Notes: a model not told the origin generated them from the letters alone. 20,000 nucleotides of DNA from an uncultured virus (IMG/VR IMGVR_UViG_3300002835_009787) (IMGVR_UViG_3300002835_009787); one strand, 5' to 3'; shown: positions 1 to 7,695, counted from the first letter of the stretch. Made by a program: numbers and translations.

Positions 1-123
1 GAATGCAAGAAGAGTAGGAAGACTTACTCCGATTTCTTTGCACATTTCTTTTGTGGAAAATGTCTTTCCATTATTCATTGAAATGAATTCCTGAATAAGA
101 GGTGTTTTTGAAGGCTTAGCCAT
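1..123 (-). CDS. HTH DNA-binding protein, N-terminal part (runs off the window)
   Basis: Hand translation MAKPSKTPLIQEFISMNNGKTFSTKEMCKEIGVSLPTLLAF; STKEMCKEIGVSLPTL fits an HTH pattern; AAGGA SD upstream. Confidence 0.65.
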   Translation of the reverse strand, partial: MAKPSKTPLIQEFISMNNGKTFSTKEMCKEIGVSLPTLLAF

Positions 124-209
124 GATAATATGTCCTTAATGTGAGTTAATTTGAGTTATGAAAGGTATATATAGGTATATAAATAATATCTTATTTTTAC
201 TAGAAATAT

Positions 210-238
210 AGTATAACACTTAATTTATTAGAATGCAA
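210..238 (-). promoter_or_regulatory. SigA/sigma70-type promoter
   Basis: TTGCAT-17 nt-TATACT with extended -10 TG, upstream of the 1..123 gene. Confidence 0.6.
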
Positions 239-313
239 CATTACAAGAAATATATATATAATGTATGCGTGAACACCTAAGGTGTATAAATTAAGGTGTC
301 CAACATTTTTGAG

Positions 314-775
314 TTAATATTTTGATTTGTGTGTAACGTAACTTGCATAAGTTGGATTGGTACAATAAACAACTTCTGTGTTATCGTTGATATATCTTTC
401 GACAAGAATATCTTTTTTGCCATCAAAATAAACACAAGTTTTAATAAGAGCGCAATAATAAAATTTATCATTGCTGTTATCAACTATCCAAGTGATACGT
501 TTATCGTCTCCTTGAGAGCGAGCTCTTTTAATTTCGAATGAACCGTAAGATGACTTGTTTAAATTTTGTGTAATCCACAAAAAGTTTTTGCCGTTGTCAT
601 TAGATAGAACAGTAGATGTAAAGCCATTATGTTCTGGCTTGTATATATCATACTTACTGCCTTTATAGTCTAATTTTAAACCGGCATAGGAGTCTGAGAG
701 AGCATCCCATAATGTATTGTGTACATCAAGTAATTGCTCTATATGTGCTGGTATTTCTGTTTGTGTTATGGTCAT
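314..775 (-). CDS. Hypothetical protein, 153 aa
   Basis: ORF track; AAAGGA SD. Confidence 0.8.
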   Translation of the reverse strand: MTITQTEIPAHIEQLLDVHNTLWDALSDSYAGLKLDYKGSKYDIYKPEHNGFTSTVLSNDNGKNFLWITQNLNKSSYGSFEIKRARSQGDDKRITWIVDNSNDKFYYCALIKTCVYFDGKKDILVERYINDNTEVVYCTNPTYASYVTHKSKY

Positions 776-793
776 AATATTCCTTTAAATAAA

Positions 794-916
794 TGCCAGA
801 CTGGGGCTCACGCCTGGGGAAGCGGAGCGGACTTAAACTCTCAGGAAGTTTAAGTTGAAAGGGACCCTGTGCAATCAGACCATGAACAACCTTGATTACA
901 TAGCCCAGTACTGACA
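794..916 (-). ncRNA. Candidate multibranch structured RNA (intergenic)
   Basis: Outer stem UGUCAG-U-ACUGGG/CCCAGU-CUGGCA enclosing three hairpins, paired by hand. Confidence 0.45.
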
Positions 917-929
917 ACTTGTTAACCGT

Positions 930-1574
930 TTACACGGTTAGTTCTGTGAATCCTTTAGGGATTATGATTGGTGAATTCTTTGCTGGCGCAGAGGAATTCT
1001 GTGTCTTTGTTTTAGTACGCGTAAGTGTTCTGTTAACTTTAAACTTAGGTTTAGCAAGACGAGTAAGCTGTACTAAAGTATTCTTACTCATTACTTGCGA
1101 GCTAACTTCAACGGTGCTACCAGCTTCGCGTAGACGGCGTATAGCAAATGTGACGGTGCTTGTTGGCGCATTAGAAAGACGCTTAAGCTCTTGCATGCTG
1201 TGTATTTCGCGATCCATTAAAATGGCCGCCACATAAGCTGCTTTGCCTTTAGACTTTGTTCTGCTTGGGGCGTAGAAGAATATTGAGTCCAATACTTCAC
1301 GCTGTGGACGACTGATTTGTGATGATACTGGAAGGTCAGCAATGATTGTTTTATTAGCTGGAGCCTTCTTGTCTTTGACAATCTTGGCTTCAAGCTCTTT
1401 TAGTTCGGCTTCAAGCTTAGGTTTAATTGCCGCATTCTGAGCTTTAATTCTGCTAATACGCTGATCTTCAGTCTCTGCGTTAGGGGTAGACAGCTTGGCT
1501 AGGATAGCAACTGCTTGGTCGGGTGTTGCTTCAATAGTGATGTCATTTGGGAGGTTGATTCGGACGGTACTCAT
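930..1574 (-). CDS. Winged-helix DNA-binding protein with N-terminal coiled coil, 214 aa
   Basis: YVAAILMDREIHSMQELKRLSNAPTSTVTFAIRRLREAGSTVEV resembles a wHTH; basic C-terminus. Confidence 0.6.
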   Translation of the reverse strand: MSTVRINLPNDITIEATPDQAVAILAKLSTPNAETEDQRISRIKAQNAAIKPKLEAELKELEAKIVKDKKAPANKTIIADLPVSSQISRPQREVLDSIFFYAPSRTKSKGKAAYVAAILMDREIHSMQELKRLSNAPTSTVTFAIRRLREAGSTVEVSSQVMSKNTLVQLTRLAKPKFKVNRTLTRTKTKTQNSSAPAKNSPIIIPKGFTELTV

Positions 1575-1936
1575 GATTTAGCCTTTGTGTTTGTTTTGGT
1601 GGTTATTGAGAAATTAATATTCACTGTACTTCTTCTGAGGAGCGCAAAGCGTCCTTGGTCCAGAGTGTACAGTTGGCGTTCATATTCTTTAGGTATAAGG
1701 TCACCAAATTGTGGTGTCCATATGTTATTGATAAAACTGAAGACTCCCCAGCGTTCTGCGTCTGACGGTATAAAAATACCGTATTTGCCGGCTCGAACGC
1801 CGTAGAATGCTTCGTTGTATTTGTTATTACAAAGGGTTATTTCCTTTGGTGTACCGACAGAAGTTATAGTTCTGTTGCGGTTCATCTTGTAGAAGATAAA
1901 GTAGTGGTCTTCCCATGTCATAGAGTATTTGGCCAT
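1571..1936 (-). CDS. Hypothetical protein, 121 aa
   Basis: ORF track; AAAGGA SD; ATGA overlap with the next gene. Confidence 0.75.
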   Translation of the reverse strand: MAKYSMTWEDHYFIFYKMNRNRTITSVGTPKEITLCNNKYNEAFYGVRAGKYGIFIPSDAERWGVFSFINNIWTPQFGDLIPKEYERQLYTLDQGRFALLRRSTVNINFSITTKTNTKAKS

Positions 1937-1981
1937 TACATGTCCTTTGCTTTGGTTGTCACTTCTTTGATTTTGAGTGGG

Positions 1982-2054
1982 CGCCTTGGGTAGGAATTGA
2001 ACCTACGACCTGCGGATTAGAAGTCCGTTGCTCTATCCCCTGAGCTACCAAGGC
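1982..2054 (-). tRNA. tRNA-Arg(TCT)
   Basis: Acceptor GCCTTGG/CCAAGGC, D arm GCTC/GAGC, anticodon loop CT-TCT-AA, T arm GTAGG-TTCAATT-CCTAC; discriminator G is followed by CCCA, not an exact CCA. Confidence 0.95.
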
Positions 2055-2113
2055 CCGTTCGGCGCGAAATTTTTTTGTAATTTTTTGTTATATTGCTTTC
2101 GCTGACAGGATGT

Positions 2114-2365
2114 CTATATAGTTTTAAGTTGTTTAGTTTCCTGTAGGGCTTTGATGTAAGCGTATGTGGTGACGGGTGTGCCGTCTTGGTCAATGTCTTC
2201 TTGGGTAATTTTGACTATTTTTAGACCTGTTATTCCCAGGTAATCTAAAACGTCAAAGAGGTTAATTACTTGGTCGTCATTGTCTTGGTTGAAGATCTTT
2301 ACAAATTCTTGTGTGTTGGTGATAAGCTGGTCAGCTTGTTTGTTTATTTCTTCTTTGGTTGTCAT
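2114..2365 (-). CDS. Hypothetical protein, 83 aa
   Basis: ORF track; AAAGGA SD. Confidence 0.8.
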   Translation of the reverse strand: MTTKEEINKQADQLITNTQEFVKIFNQDNDDQVINLFDVLDYLGITGLKIVKITQEDIDQDGTPVTTYAYIKALQETKQLKTI

Positions 2366-2377
2366 GTTTGTCCTTTG

Positions 2378-2437
2378 TTATAGCTGTATTGTTATGTACC
2401 AGATTAAGAATAGGGCTGCCGCTATAGCTAATTTCAT
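2378..2437 (-). CDS. Hydrophobic 19-aa peptide (MKLAIAAALFLIWYITIQL)
   Basis: ATGA overlap with the stop of 2434..2865; fills the gap up to the next SD. Confidence 0.45.
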   Translation of the reverse strand: MKLAIAAALFLIWYITIQL

Positions 2438-2865
2438 ACAGCCCTGCGTGCTTTAATGGAATTGATCTTTTGTATAGCTGCTCTGGTAGCCCATATTGGG
2501 AATGTGATTATTCTAATGATTCCGTAAATAACCTTTGCTAGGTCTTTGAATGCTTGCATCCATTTGCCGCGAAGGTAATGCGTCATGTTACCACCATGCT
2601 TTTGTGCTTCCTTGGAATCATAATTCCAGTGTAGGATAGCATAGCCTGGGATGGATAGGACGGTGGATATCATGGCTGCACCTAAGGCGATTAGTCCGGC
2701 TGCACCGAACATTACACCTAGGATGAATGATAACAGTAGGGAGAGGGTCATGTTAACCCATTTGTATTTGTGTGCGTTCTTACGCCAGGCTGGGATCCTC
2801 GCCGCGAACATCATTTCTACTACGGTAGAAGCTACAGCTAACCATATCATCATCATAAAGAGCAT
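2434..2865 (-). CDS. Multi-pass membrane protein, 143 aa
   Basis: About three hydrophobic segments; GAAAGGA SD. Confidence 0.8.
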   Translation of the reverse strand: MLFMMMIWLAVASTVVEMMFAARIPAWRKNAHKYKWVNMTLSLLLSFILGVMFGAAGLIALGAAMISTVLSIPGYAILHWNYDSKEAQKHGGNMTHYLRGKWMQAFKDLAKVIYGIIRIITFPIWATRAAIQKINSIKARRAV

Positions 2866-3010
2866 ATAAGTATCCTTTCACGATACATTGTTTAGTCTAA
2901 TACTATTCTAATACTATCCTATACGGACTAGGCATTGTTGATCTGTCTTATTCCTATATCAGAATTCAGTGGATTTGAGAGAGACAAATCCTATAGGGAG
3001 AATTCTTTAT

Positions 3011-3054
3011 TGTGTACACAAGTGTACTGTATAAGGAATAGATGTGTGTACACA
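3011..3054. repeat. Two copies of the 10-bp palindrome TGTGTACACA (3011-3020, 3045-3054)
   Basis: Read directly; lies in a non-coding gap. Confidence 0.7.
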
Positions 3055-3328
3055 TGTGTATCTATATGTTTATATCGATTTATACTGAGTTATATAAGTT
3101 ATAATGGGTGCTGGGGCGAGAGGGTTCCATTTATTGGTTTGTCTAACATTTTTGTTGGGTTGGGTTTAGGTTTTGTGTGTGTGTGGTAGGGGTAGTGTAA
3201 GCTTAATCTTATTATTAATCTTATTTTAATACTTATAGTGTAGGGGGGCGGGAGAGCCCACCCACCCAAGTATAGCTACCACCACCTAGTAGAGATACGA
3301 GATGAGCTCTCCCATGGAAGCAAACACC

Positions 3329-3544
3329 TTAAACGTTGATATCTATGTTATAATATTTTTTAAAGTCACGGCGCATCGGATGCAATGCTGATTCCGTGCC
3401 ATGTGTCGTATACAGTGGACCATCTACCCCTGGGGGTGGAGTGATCCGATAGACACCTGATTTCTTTTGTTCAACGTTAAAGCCTAGTCTGGTTAGTTCT
3501 GCGAGAACTTTCCGAACAGCTTTAGATTGATGCTGCCGAGGCAT
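3329..3544 (-). CDS. HicA-like (dsRBD-fold) small protein, 71 aa
   Basis: RKVLAELTRLGFNVEQKKSG..YRI pattern resembles HicA; the GSH histidine is absent; AAAAGGAG SD. Confidence 0.55.
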   Translation of the reverse strand: MPRQHQSKAVRKVLAELTRLGFNVEQKKSGVYRITPPPGVDGPLYTTHGTESALHPMRRDFKKYYNIDINV

Positions 3545-3581
3545 ACATAATCTCCTTTTAGTGTTTATTTCCTAGGATATC

Positions 3582-3611
3582 AGTATAGCAGTCTCGTGTA
3601 CTCACTTGCAA
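3582..3611 (-). promoter_or_regulatory. SigA/sigma70-type promoter for the HicA-like gene
   Basis: TTGCAA-18 nt-TATACT with extended -10 TGC. Confidence 0.6.
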
Positions 3612-3744
3612 CATCTGTACTCTTTTTTTCTCGGCGGTCTGAGGACTACCTCGAATTTTTTTATAAGCTTCCATACGGAAGTCTACTAGGGTAAGGGAGG
3701 CCTCGCTTCGCTCGGCCCCCCAAGAAAAAAGGTTTGGGGAGTAG

Positions 3745-3758
3745 TATTGTGATAGAGG
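3745..3758 (+). repeat. Exact 14-mer TATTGTGATAGAGG, copy 1 (copy 2 at 14985-14998)
   Basis: Both copies are preceded by TCGGCC..A-run-(G)GTTTGG. Confidence 0.7.
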
Positions 3759-3773
3759 GAGTAATAGAGAGTG

Positions 3774-4151
3774 TTATTGGATGATCCATTGTTGGCCATC
3801 TTCTGAAGCTAAATAGTTTATGGCACTGTTGCCTATCCATTCTGCTTTCCATGCATATTGGCAGCATGGTTTTTCATTGGGGCCTGACTGGCTGTGGCAT
3901 CCTTTGCCTACTAGTACACTGAGTAGTGGGAATGTGTCTAGGAACTTTATTACGCAGTCGTGACATAGTCTGACTAGTTGTTCTGGTTCTCCAATTGGAT
4001 CTGTGAAGCCGGCATAGTATCCGAAGTGATTGAGATTAAATGCCCATCCATTATCTGGAAAGTTTTCTTGAGTATGATGCGGAGCCATAGACCCGCACCC
4101 ATGACACATGTGAAAGCCATGACGAGGATAATTTGTTGGGTATTCATTCAC
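3774..4151 (-). CDS. Cys/His-rich putative zinc-binding protein
   Basis: CHGC, CHDC, CH and CC motifs; probable GTG start at 4151 overlapping the end of whiB (ORF track starts at 4181). Confidence 0.7.
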   Translation of the reverse strand: MNEYPTNYPRHGFHMCHGCGSMAPHHTQENFPDNGWAFNLNHFGYYAGFTDPIGEPEQLVRLCHDCVIKFLDTFPLLSVLVGKGCHSQSGPNEKPCCQYAWKAEWIGNSAINYLASEDGQQWIIQ

Positions 4152-4407
4152 TTTTTTTTCCTTCGGCTCGCATTCTGCCACGCTTGCGTGCTGTTACTCC
4201 ACCCCAGATGCCCTGTAGTTCTGGTCGTGACATAGCATAATCTAAACATTCTTGTTTGACTAGACAATCTTTACATATGGCTAATGCTATTTTTACTGTA
4301 GGGTAATTGCCTGGGGCTTCTGGGAACCAGTCACCTTCAGTGTTTCCTTTACATGCGGCGTCTTTCATCCAACGCTGGATATTTAGCATTTCAAGTGGGG
4401 TGCTCAT
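4144..4407 (-). CDS. whiB: WhiB family Fe-S transcriptional regulator, ~87 aa
   Basis: W..AAC...WFP...A..IC..C.V..ECL.YA...GIWGG; ATG at 4407 follows an AAAGGA SD. Confidence 0.95.
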   Translation of the reverse strand: MSTPLEMLNIQRWMKDAACKGNTEGDWFPEAPGNYPTVKIALAICKDCLVKQECLDYAMSRPELQGIWGGVTARKRGRMRAEGKKSE

Positions 4408-4452
4408 GTTAATCCTTTTTGAGTTAATAAAATTTTTTTTATTATACTTAAA

Positions 4453-4515
4453 TAGTGGGTAGCAAATGGTTGGTTCGCAGCATTCATCGGGAATGTGCAC
4501 ACTTACTACCCACTA
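4453..4515 (-). other. Long irregular hairpin upstream of whiB
   Basis: UAGUGGGUAGUAAGUG/CAUUUGCUACCCACUA outer stem plus inner CAUUC/GAAUG stem. Confidence 0.6.
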
Positions 4516-4528
4516 AAAGTTTATTAGT

Positions 4529-4560
4529 AGGGTTGACCCGCGATCAGTCAGGCCAACCCC
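4529..4560 (-). terminator. Stem-loop after the 347-aa gene
   Basis: GGGGUUGGCCUG/CGGGUCAACCCU 12-bp stem; weak U-tract. Confidence 0.5.
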
Positions 4561-4577
4561 ACCAAATTTAGATAACC

Positions 4578-5621
4578 TTAGAACGGTACCTCAGCGGTTG
4601 CGATATCGCTGATCTGCTGTTCTGCGGTCTGTACTGGTGCTTTTGTCGAGTTTGACCATACATCGAAGTCGATGGTTTGACCAGCAACTACGGCAGACCA
4701 ACGACCACATGGGGCGTTTACTGCGTTGTACTTGTTCTCAACGATCTTGCGACCATTGTCAATCTTGGTTTGACGAGCAGCACCAGACCAGCAGTTAGCA
4801 TAGTCTTTAGCCATGTCAAGTTCAATCTTGATTTCTGTCTGTGCCTTCTTGATTGCTTCTTGGCTCATTGAACCGATGTTTGTGTTCAACTTGTCTTGCA
4901 ATACTTTAGCAACAGACTTGTGGTTCTTTACACGCTCAAAGTTTTCGGTCACTGCACTGACGATGTCAATGAAGCCTTGTCCTGTCTTTGAGAGTGAACG
5001 GTCAGATGTACCAAGTTCAAACGATACAACTTCAAGACCAGCACCATCGCCAGGAATCTTGTAAGCAGTGTTGAATGACTTGCTTGATGCAACAGACTTC
5101 ATATCGTCAATTGCTCCAGCTGTACGGAACGCTTCTACTGCGTGTGCGATACCAGCAGGATTTGCACCCATTTGTTGGAACATCAGAGGGCCACCGTTAC
5201 GAATGCCGTTGAGCGAAAGGTTGCTCTCCAACATCTTGTTTACTTGGTCATCTGTAAGGGATGTACCGAACGATTCGATGCAGAACTGCTTCATGAGTTC
5301 ATACAATGACATTTCAGTACCATCAACTTCAAGCGTGATGTCTGCTTGGAAGTTATTGAATACACCACCGAATACTTGGCTGATGCGTGGCTCTGCGTCC
5401 TGACGACGGATAACATGGTCACGCACGGTGAGACGGCTCCAGTTAGCATTCTTTACTAGAATGGTGGTTGGAACAGCAACGCCATTGATAGAACCAGCAA
5501 TTTTGGCTGGTGTACCAACAGTGATTTTGGTGGTAGTTGAGTTTGATGCAAACAACTCTGGGTTTTCCAAAGCGATTGCGAACTCGTCTTTCTTGTAACC
5601 GAATTTTTCGAGTAATGACAT
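4578..5621 (-). CDS. Hypothetical protein, 347 aa, with SSB-like C-terminal tail (..ATAEVPF)
   Basis: ORF track; AAGGA SD; no family recognised. Confidence 0.85.
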   Translation of the reverse strand: MSLLEKFGYKKDEFAIALENPELFASNSTTTKITVGTPAKIAGSINGVAVPTTILVKNANWSRLTVRDHVIRRQDAEPRISQVFGGVFNNFQADITLEVDGTEMSLYELMKQFCIESFGTSLTDDQVNKMLESNLSLNGIRNGGPLMFQQMGANPAGIAHAVEAFRTAGAIDDMKSVASSKSFNTAYKIPGDGAGLEVVSFELGTSDRSLSKTGQGFIDIVSAVTENFERVKNHKSVAKVLQDKLNTNIGSMSQEAIKKAQTEIKIELDMAKDYANCWSGAARQTKIDNGRKIVENKYNAVNAPCGRWSAVVAGQTIDFDVWSNSTKAPVQTAEQQISDIATAEVPF

Positions 5622-5700
5622 GTGTTTATTCCTTATGTGTTTATTATGTGGATATGATATGTGTTTATTGCTTATTTTGGGACTAGCCCAAATCTTTGTA

Positions 5701-5880
5701 TTAGTCCTCGTTAGTTACTTCAGGCTTGTTGTATTCAGCCTTGAAATCAGTTACGAATCCATCTTTTGCACCCTTGAGTGCTTCCATAGTCGCTTTAGTG
5801 TTCGTCTTTAGAAATTCTGGCGTAGCAGTAACTACTTCCACTGATTTGCCAGTAACTTTACCTAGAAATTTACCTAACAT
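5701..5880 (-). CDS. Hypothetical protein, 59 aa (MLGKFLGKVTGKS...)
   Basis: Hand translation; AAGGAG SD; amphipathic N-terminus. Confidence 0.7.
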   Translation of the reverse strand: MLGKFLGKVTGKSVEVVTATPEFLKTNTKATMEALKGAKDGFVTDFKAEYNKPEVTNED

Positions 5881-5893
5881 AATGTTTTTCTCC

Positions 5894-5950
5894 TTAGTTG
5901 AATATTGAATCTAATATATCTTGGATAATATCGAATAGCCAATCAAACAA
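5894..5950 (-). CDS. Possible 18-aa amphipathic peptide (MFDWLFDIIQDILDSIFN)
   Basis: GGAGG SD, TTG start, stop overlaps the next SD. Confidence 0.35.
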   Translation of the reverse strand: MFDWLFDIIQDILDSIFN

Positions 5951-5974
5951 CGGTCACCCCCCTCCGAAAATATC

Positions 5975-5985
5975 CCGACTTATTC
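5975..5985 (-). promoter_or_regulatory. GAATAAGTCGG motif copy (candidate phage-RNAP promoter or operator)
   Basis: Exact 11-mer present four times on the same strand. Confidence 0.6.
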
Positions 5986-6252
5986 CTACTTCTGTCGGTT
6001 CGTTGGATGGTTTAGACGGCCTACAATGCTATTGAATCTAGCGTCTTCATCAGTGTTTACCCATTCAGGGAAATCTAAGTCTTGATTATGATAGTGTCCG
6101 TACACTTCTTGAAATGCTTTACTGGCAGACAATGGGTTATTGCGTAAGCGACGCTTGATTTTTTGTTGCTCAATGCCGCGCACAATGCCAATGACAAAGC
6201 CAGTGATAGCACTAAATGCCATGTAGCCCCAGAATAGTTTCTTATAGTTCAT
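5986..6252 (-). CDS. Single-pass membrane protein, 88 aa
   Basis: N-terminal hydrophobic helix; AAAGGAG SD. Confidence 0.8.
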   Translation of the reverse strand: MNYKKLFWGYMAFSAITGFVIGIVRGIEQQKIKRRLRNNPLSASKAFQEVYGHYHNQDLDFPEWVNTDEDARFNSIVGRLNHPTNRQK

Positions 6253-6254
6253 GC

Positions 6255-6350
6255 TTATTCTCCTTTGAACAATGTCATCTTTTTGATGTATAATGCTAAG
6301 CCGGCAATAACGAATGCTATTGTTGTAGTGATTATTGCAAGTTTCTTCAC
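6255..6350 (-). CDS. Small single-pass membrane peptide, 31 aa
   Basis: GTG start, KKLAIITTTIAFVIAGLALYIKK; GTGA overlap with the upstream ORF; AAAGGA SD. Confidence 0.6.
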   Translation of the reverse strand: MKKLAIITTTIAFVIAGLALYIKKMTLFKGE

Positions 6351-6451
6351 AAGGTTCCTTTCATTGTTTTATTGAATATCTTGCGAAGCCACATCATCAT
6401 GGTGATACTGCCTGCTGCAAATGATATTGAGATTAGCCCGAATGTTTTCAT
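6347..6451 (-). CDS. Small single-pass membrane peptide, 34 aa
   Basis: MKTFGLISISFAAGSITMMMWLRK...; ATGA overlap with the stop of 6448..6741. Confidence 0.55.
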   Translation of the reverse strand: MKTFGLISISFAAGSITMMMWLRKIFNKTMKGTL

Positions 6452-6741
6452 GCTGACATCTTTAGAATGTAAGAGTCTAACATGGTTGCATACATATCTA
6501 CAATAGCTTTAGCGCGTTCAAATGAATTGATTTCTAGCATAGTGTAGGTTAGGAAGTCAGATGAATCTGGTGTACCACTTGGGCTTTGAATGTTGAATTC
6601 AATATGAACACTACCATCGTTGTATTTTTCAGCTCGCATTGAACTGATCATACCTTGAGGGCGTGTGTGATATTCGGTTAGTACATTAAGAAAACCATAG
6701 GATTCCCAGTTTTCATCTTTTGTTTCATATTTTGATATCAT
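6448..6741 (-). CDS. Hypothetical protein, 97 aa
   Basis: ORF track; GAAAGG SD. Confidence 0.8.
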   Translation of the reverse strand: MISKYETKDENWESYGFLNVLTEYHTRPQGMISSMRAEKYNDGSVHIEFNIQSPSGTPDSSDFLTYTMLEINSFERAKAIVDMYATMLDSYILKMSA

Positions 6742-6752
6742 GTTTTTGCCTT

Positions 6753-6929
6753 TCAGCGTAGTGTGAGTGTTTTATCTTGTAGAGTGTGGAAATCTTCTAA
6801 GCACCAATCTTCAGTGGTGATTATAGGACTTCCTTTGGATATGATGGATACTGTTACTGTGAGTTTGGTCTTGTGACATATGGCACACAAACCTTTGCGT
6901 GGTATGTCATCAATCATTTGTATTTTCAT
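6753..6929 (-). CDS. Small putative zinc-ribbon protein, 58 aa
   Basis: Hand translation MKIQMIDDIPRKGLCAICHK...WCLEDF; GGAGG SD. Confidence 0.65.
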   Translation of the reverse strand: MKIQMIDDIPRKGLCAICHKTKLTVTVSIISKGSPIITTEDWCLEDFHTLQDKTLTLR

Positions 6930-7152
6930 GGGTTATTCCCTCCCGACTTATTCCTTTAGAATAATATTCAATGTCTATGTCCTTGTGACATACGCCACAA
7001 TATATTCCACGACAATCTATTTCTTCAAAGTAGAACTGGTGGTTCATACAACGATGTAATTTCCATGGGTTGCCGGCAACATATCGCACAATGCCTCGCA
7101 CGAATACAGCCGATATGAGGATTAGAATGACGAGAGGTAAGATGATGTCCAT
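6910..7152 (-). CDS. Membrane-anchored zinc-ribbon protein, 80 aa
   Basis: N-terminal TM helix; C..H and CGVC motifs; GGAG SD. Confidence 0.7.
   Translation of the reverse strand: MDIILPLVILILISAVFVRGIVRYVAGNPWKLHRCMNHQFYFEEIDCRGIYCGVCHKDIDIEYYSKGISREGITHENTND
6943..6953 (-). promoter_or_regulatory. GAATAAGTCGG motif copy
   Basis: Exact 11-mer directly before the SD and ATG of 6753..6929. Confidence 0.6.
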
Positions 7153-7430
7153 TAGTAGTCTCCATGTTTAGCTGCATCGAGTGATTCGAGGCATGGGTTG
7201 CTTCCACAGCATTGGCAAGGCTTGAGATTATCAAGTGCATCCTGTAAAGAAATAACTTTATCGGACAACTGCTCAATAAGTATTTGGTGTGATTCACAGA
7301 TCTCAAGCAATGAGTCTGTACGGCGGTTCATTTCCTTGACCGTTTCTAGCAAAGTCATCTGACTAATCTTTATTAGACCTTCTTTAGTCGCAATAAGATT
7401 AACATCAAATGAGTCGTCTTGAATTCCCAT
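7152..7430 (-). CDS. Coiled-coil protein with Cys-rich C-terminus, ~92 aa
   Basis: Start reassigned to ATG 7430 (GAAAGGA SD); heptad region followed by PCQCCGSNPC. Confidence 0.75.
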   Translation of the reverse strand: MGIQDDSFDVNLIATKEGLIKISQMTLLETVKEMNRRTDSLLEICESHQILIEQLSDKVISLQDALDNLKPCQCCGSNPCLESLDAAKHGDY

Positions 7431-7506
7431 AACAATCCTTTCAATTGAGATGAATAATATAACATATTGATACAACGCTATTCCTGCATATGTCAGACAG
7501 TACAAT

Positions 7507-7676
7507 AATGTCGCCCTTGTACCAGTGGCCTAGGTTACCCTAAATGTTTAAAAGTCGCTGTAACTCGACTGTTCATCATCAACTTTACATCGGTAGAACG
7601 ACCGTATGTATATATAAGTGTTGATTACTCAGCCTGATTCGACATCCATTGGTTTACAGGCTACCAGTACATAGGC
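7507..7676 (-). ncRNA. Candidate five-way-junction RNA with pseudoknot
   Basis: 13/14-bp closing stem, four internal hairpins (one with a GUAA GNRA loop), loop GAUGUCG complementary to 3' CGACAUU. Confidence 0.5.
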
Positions 7677-7695
7677 TTTTATATGTGTCCTATGA

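Noticed and set aside
1982..2054. tRNA as a prophage attachment site
   Set aside because: No integrase or duplicated tRNA 3' end in the window, and phage-like genes lie on both sides
2935..3189. 84-aa plus-strand ORF in the non-coding gap
   Set aside because: TTG start, no SD, and it translates low-complexity repeat sequence
7431..7505. N-terminal extensions of the track ORFs 7152..7505, 4144..4500, 8764..11505 and 14908..15294
   Set aside because: Downstream ATGs have clear SD sites; the extensions overlap hairpins, other genes or low-complexity DNA
7560..7640. Hammerhead ribozyme (CUGAG and UUGAUGA sequences)
   Set aside because: No CUGANGA plus GAAA core in the required arrangement
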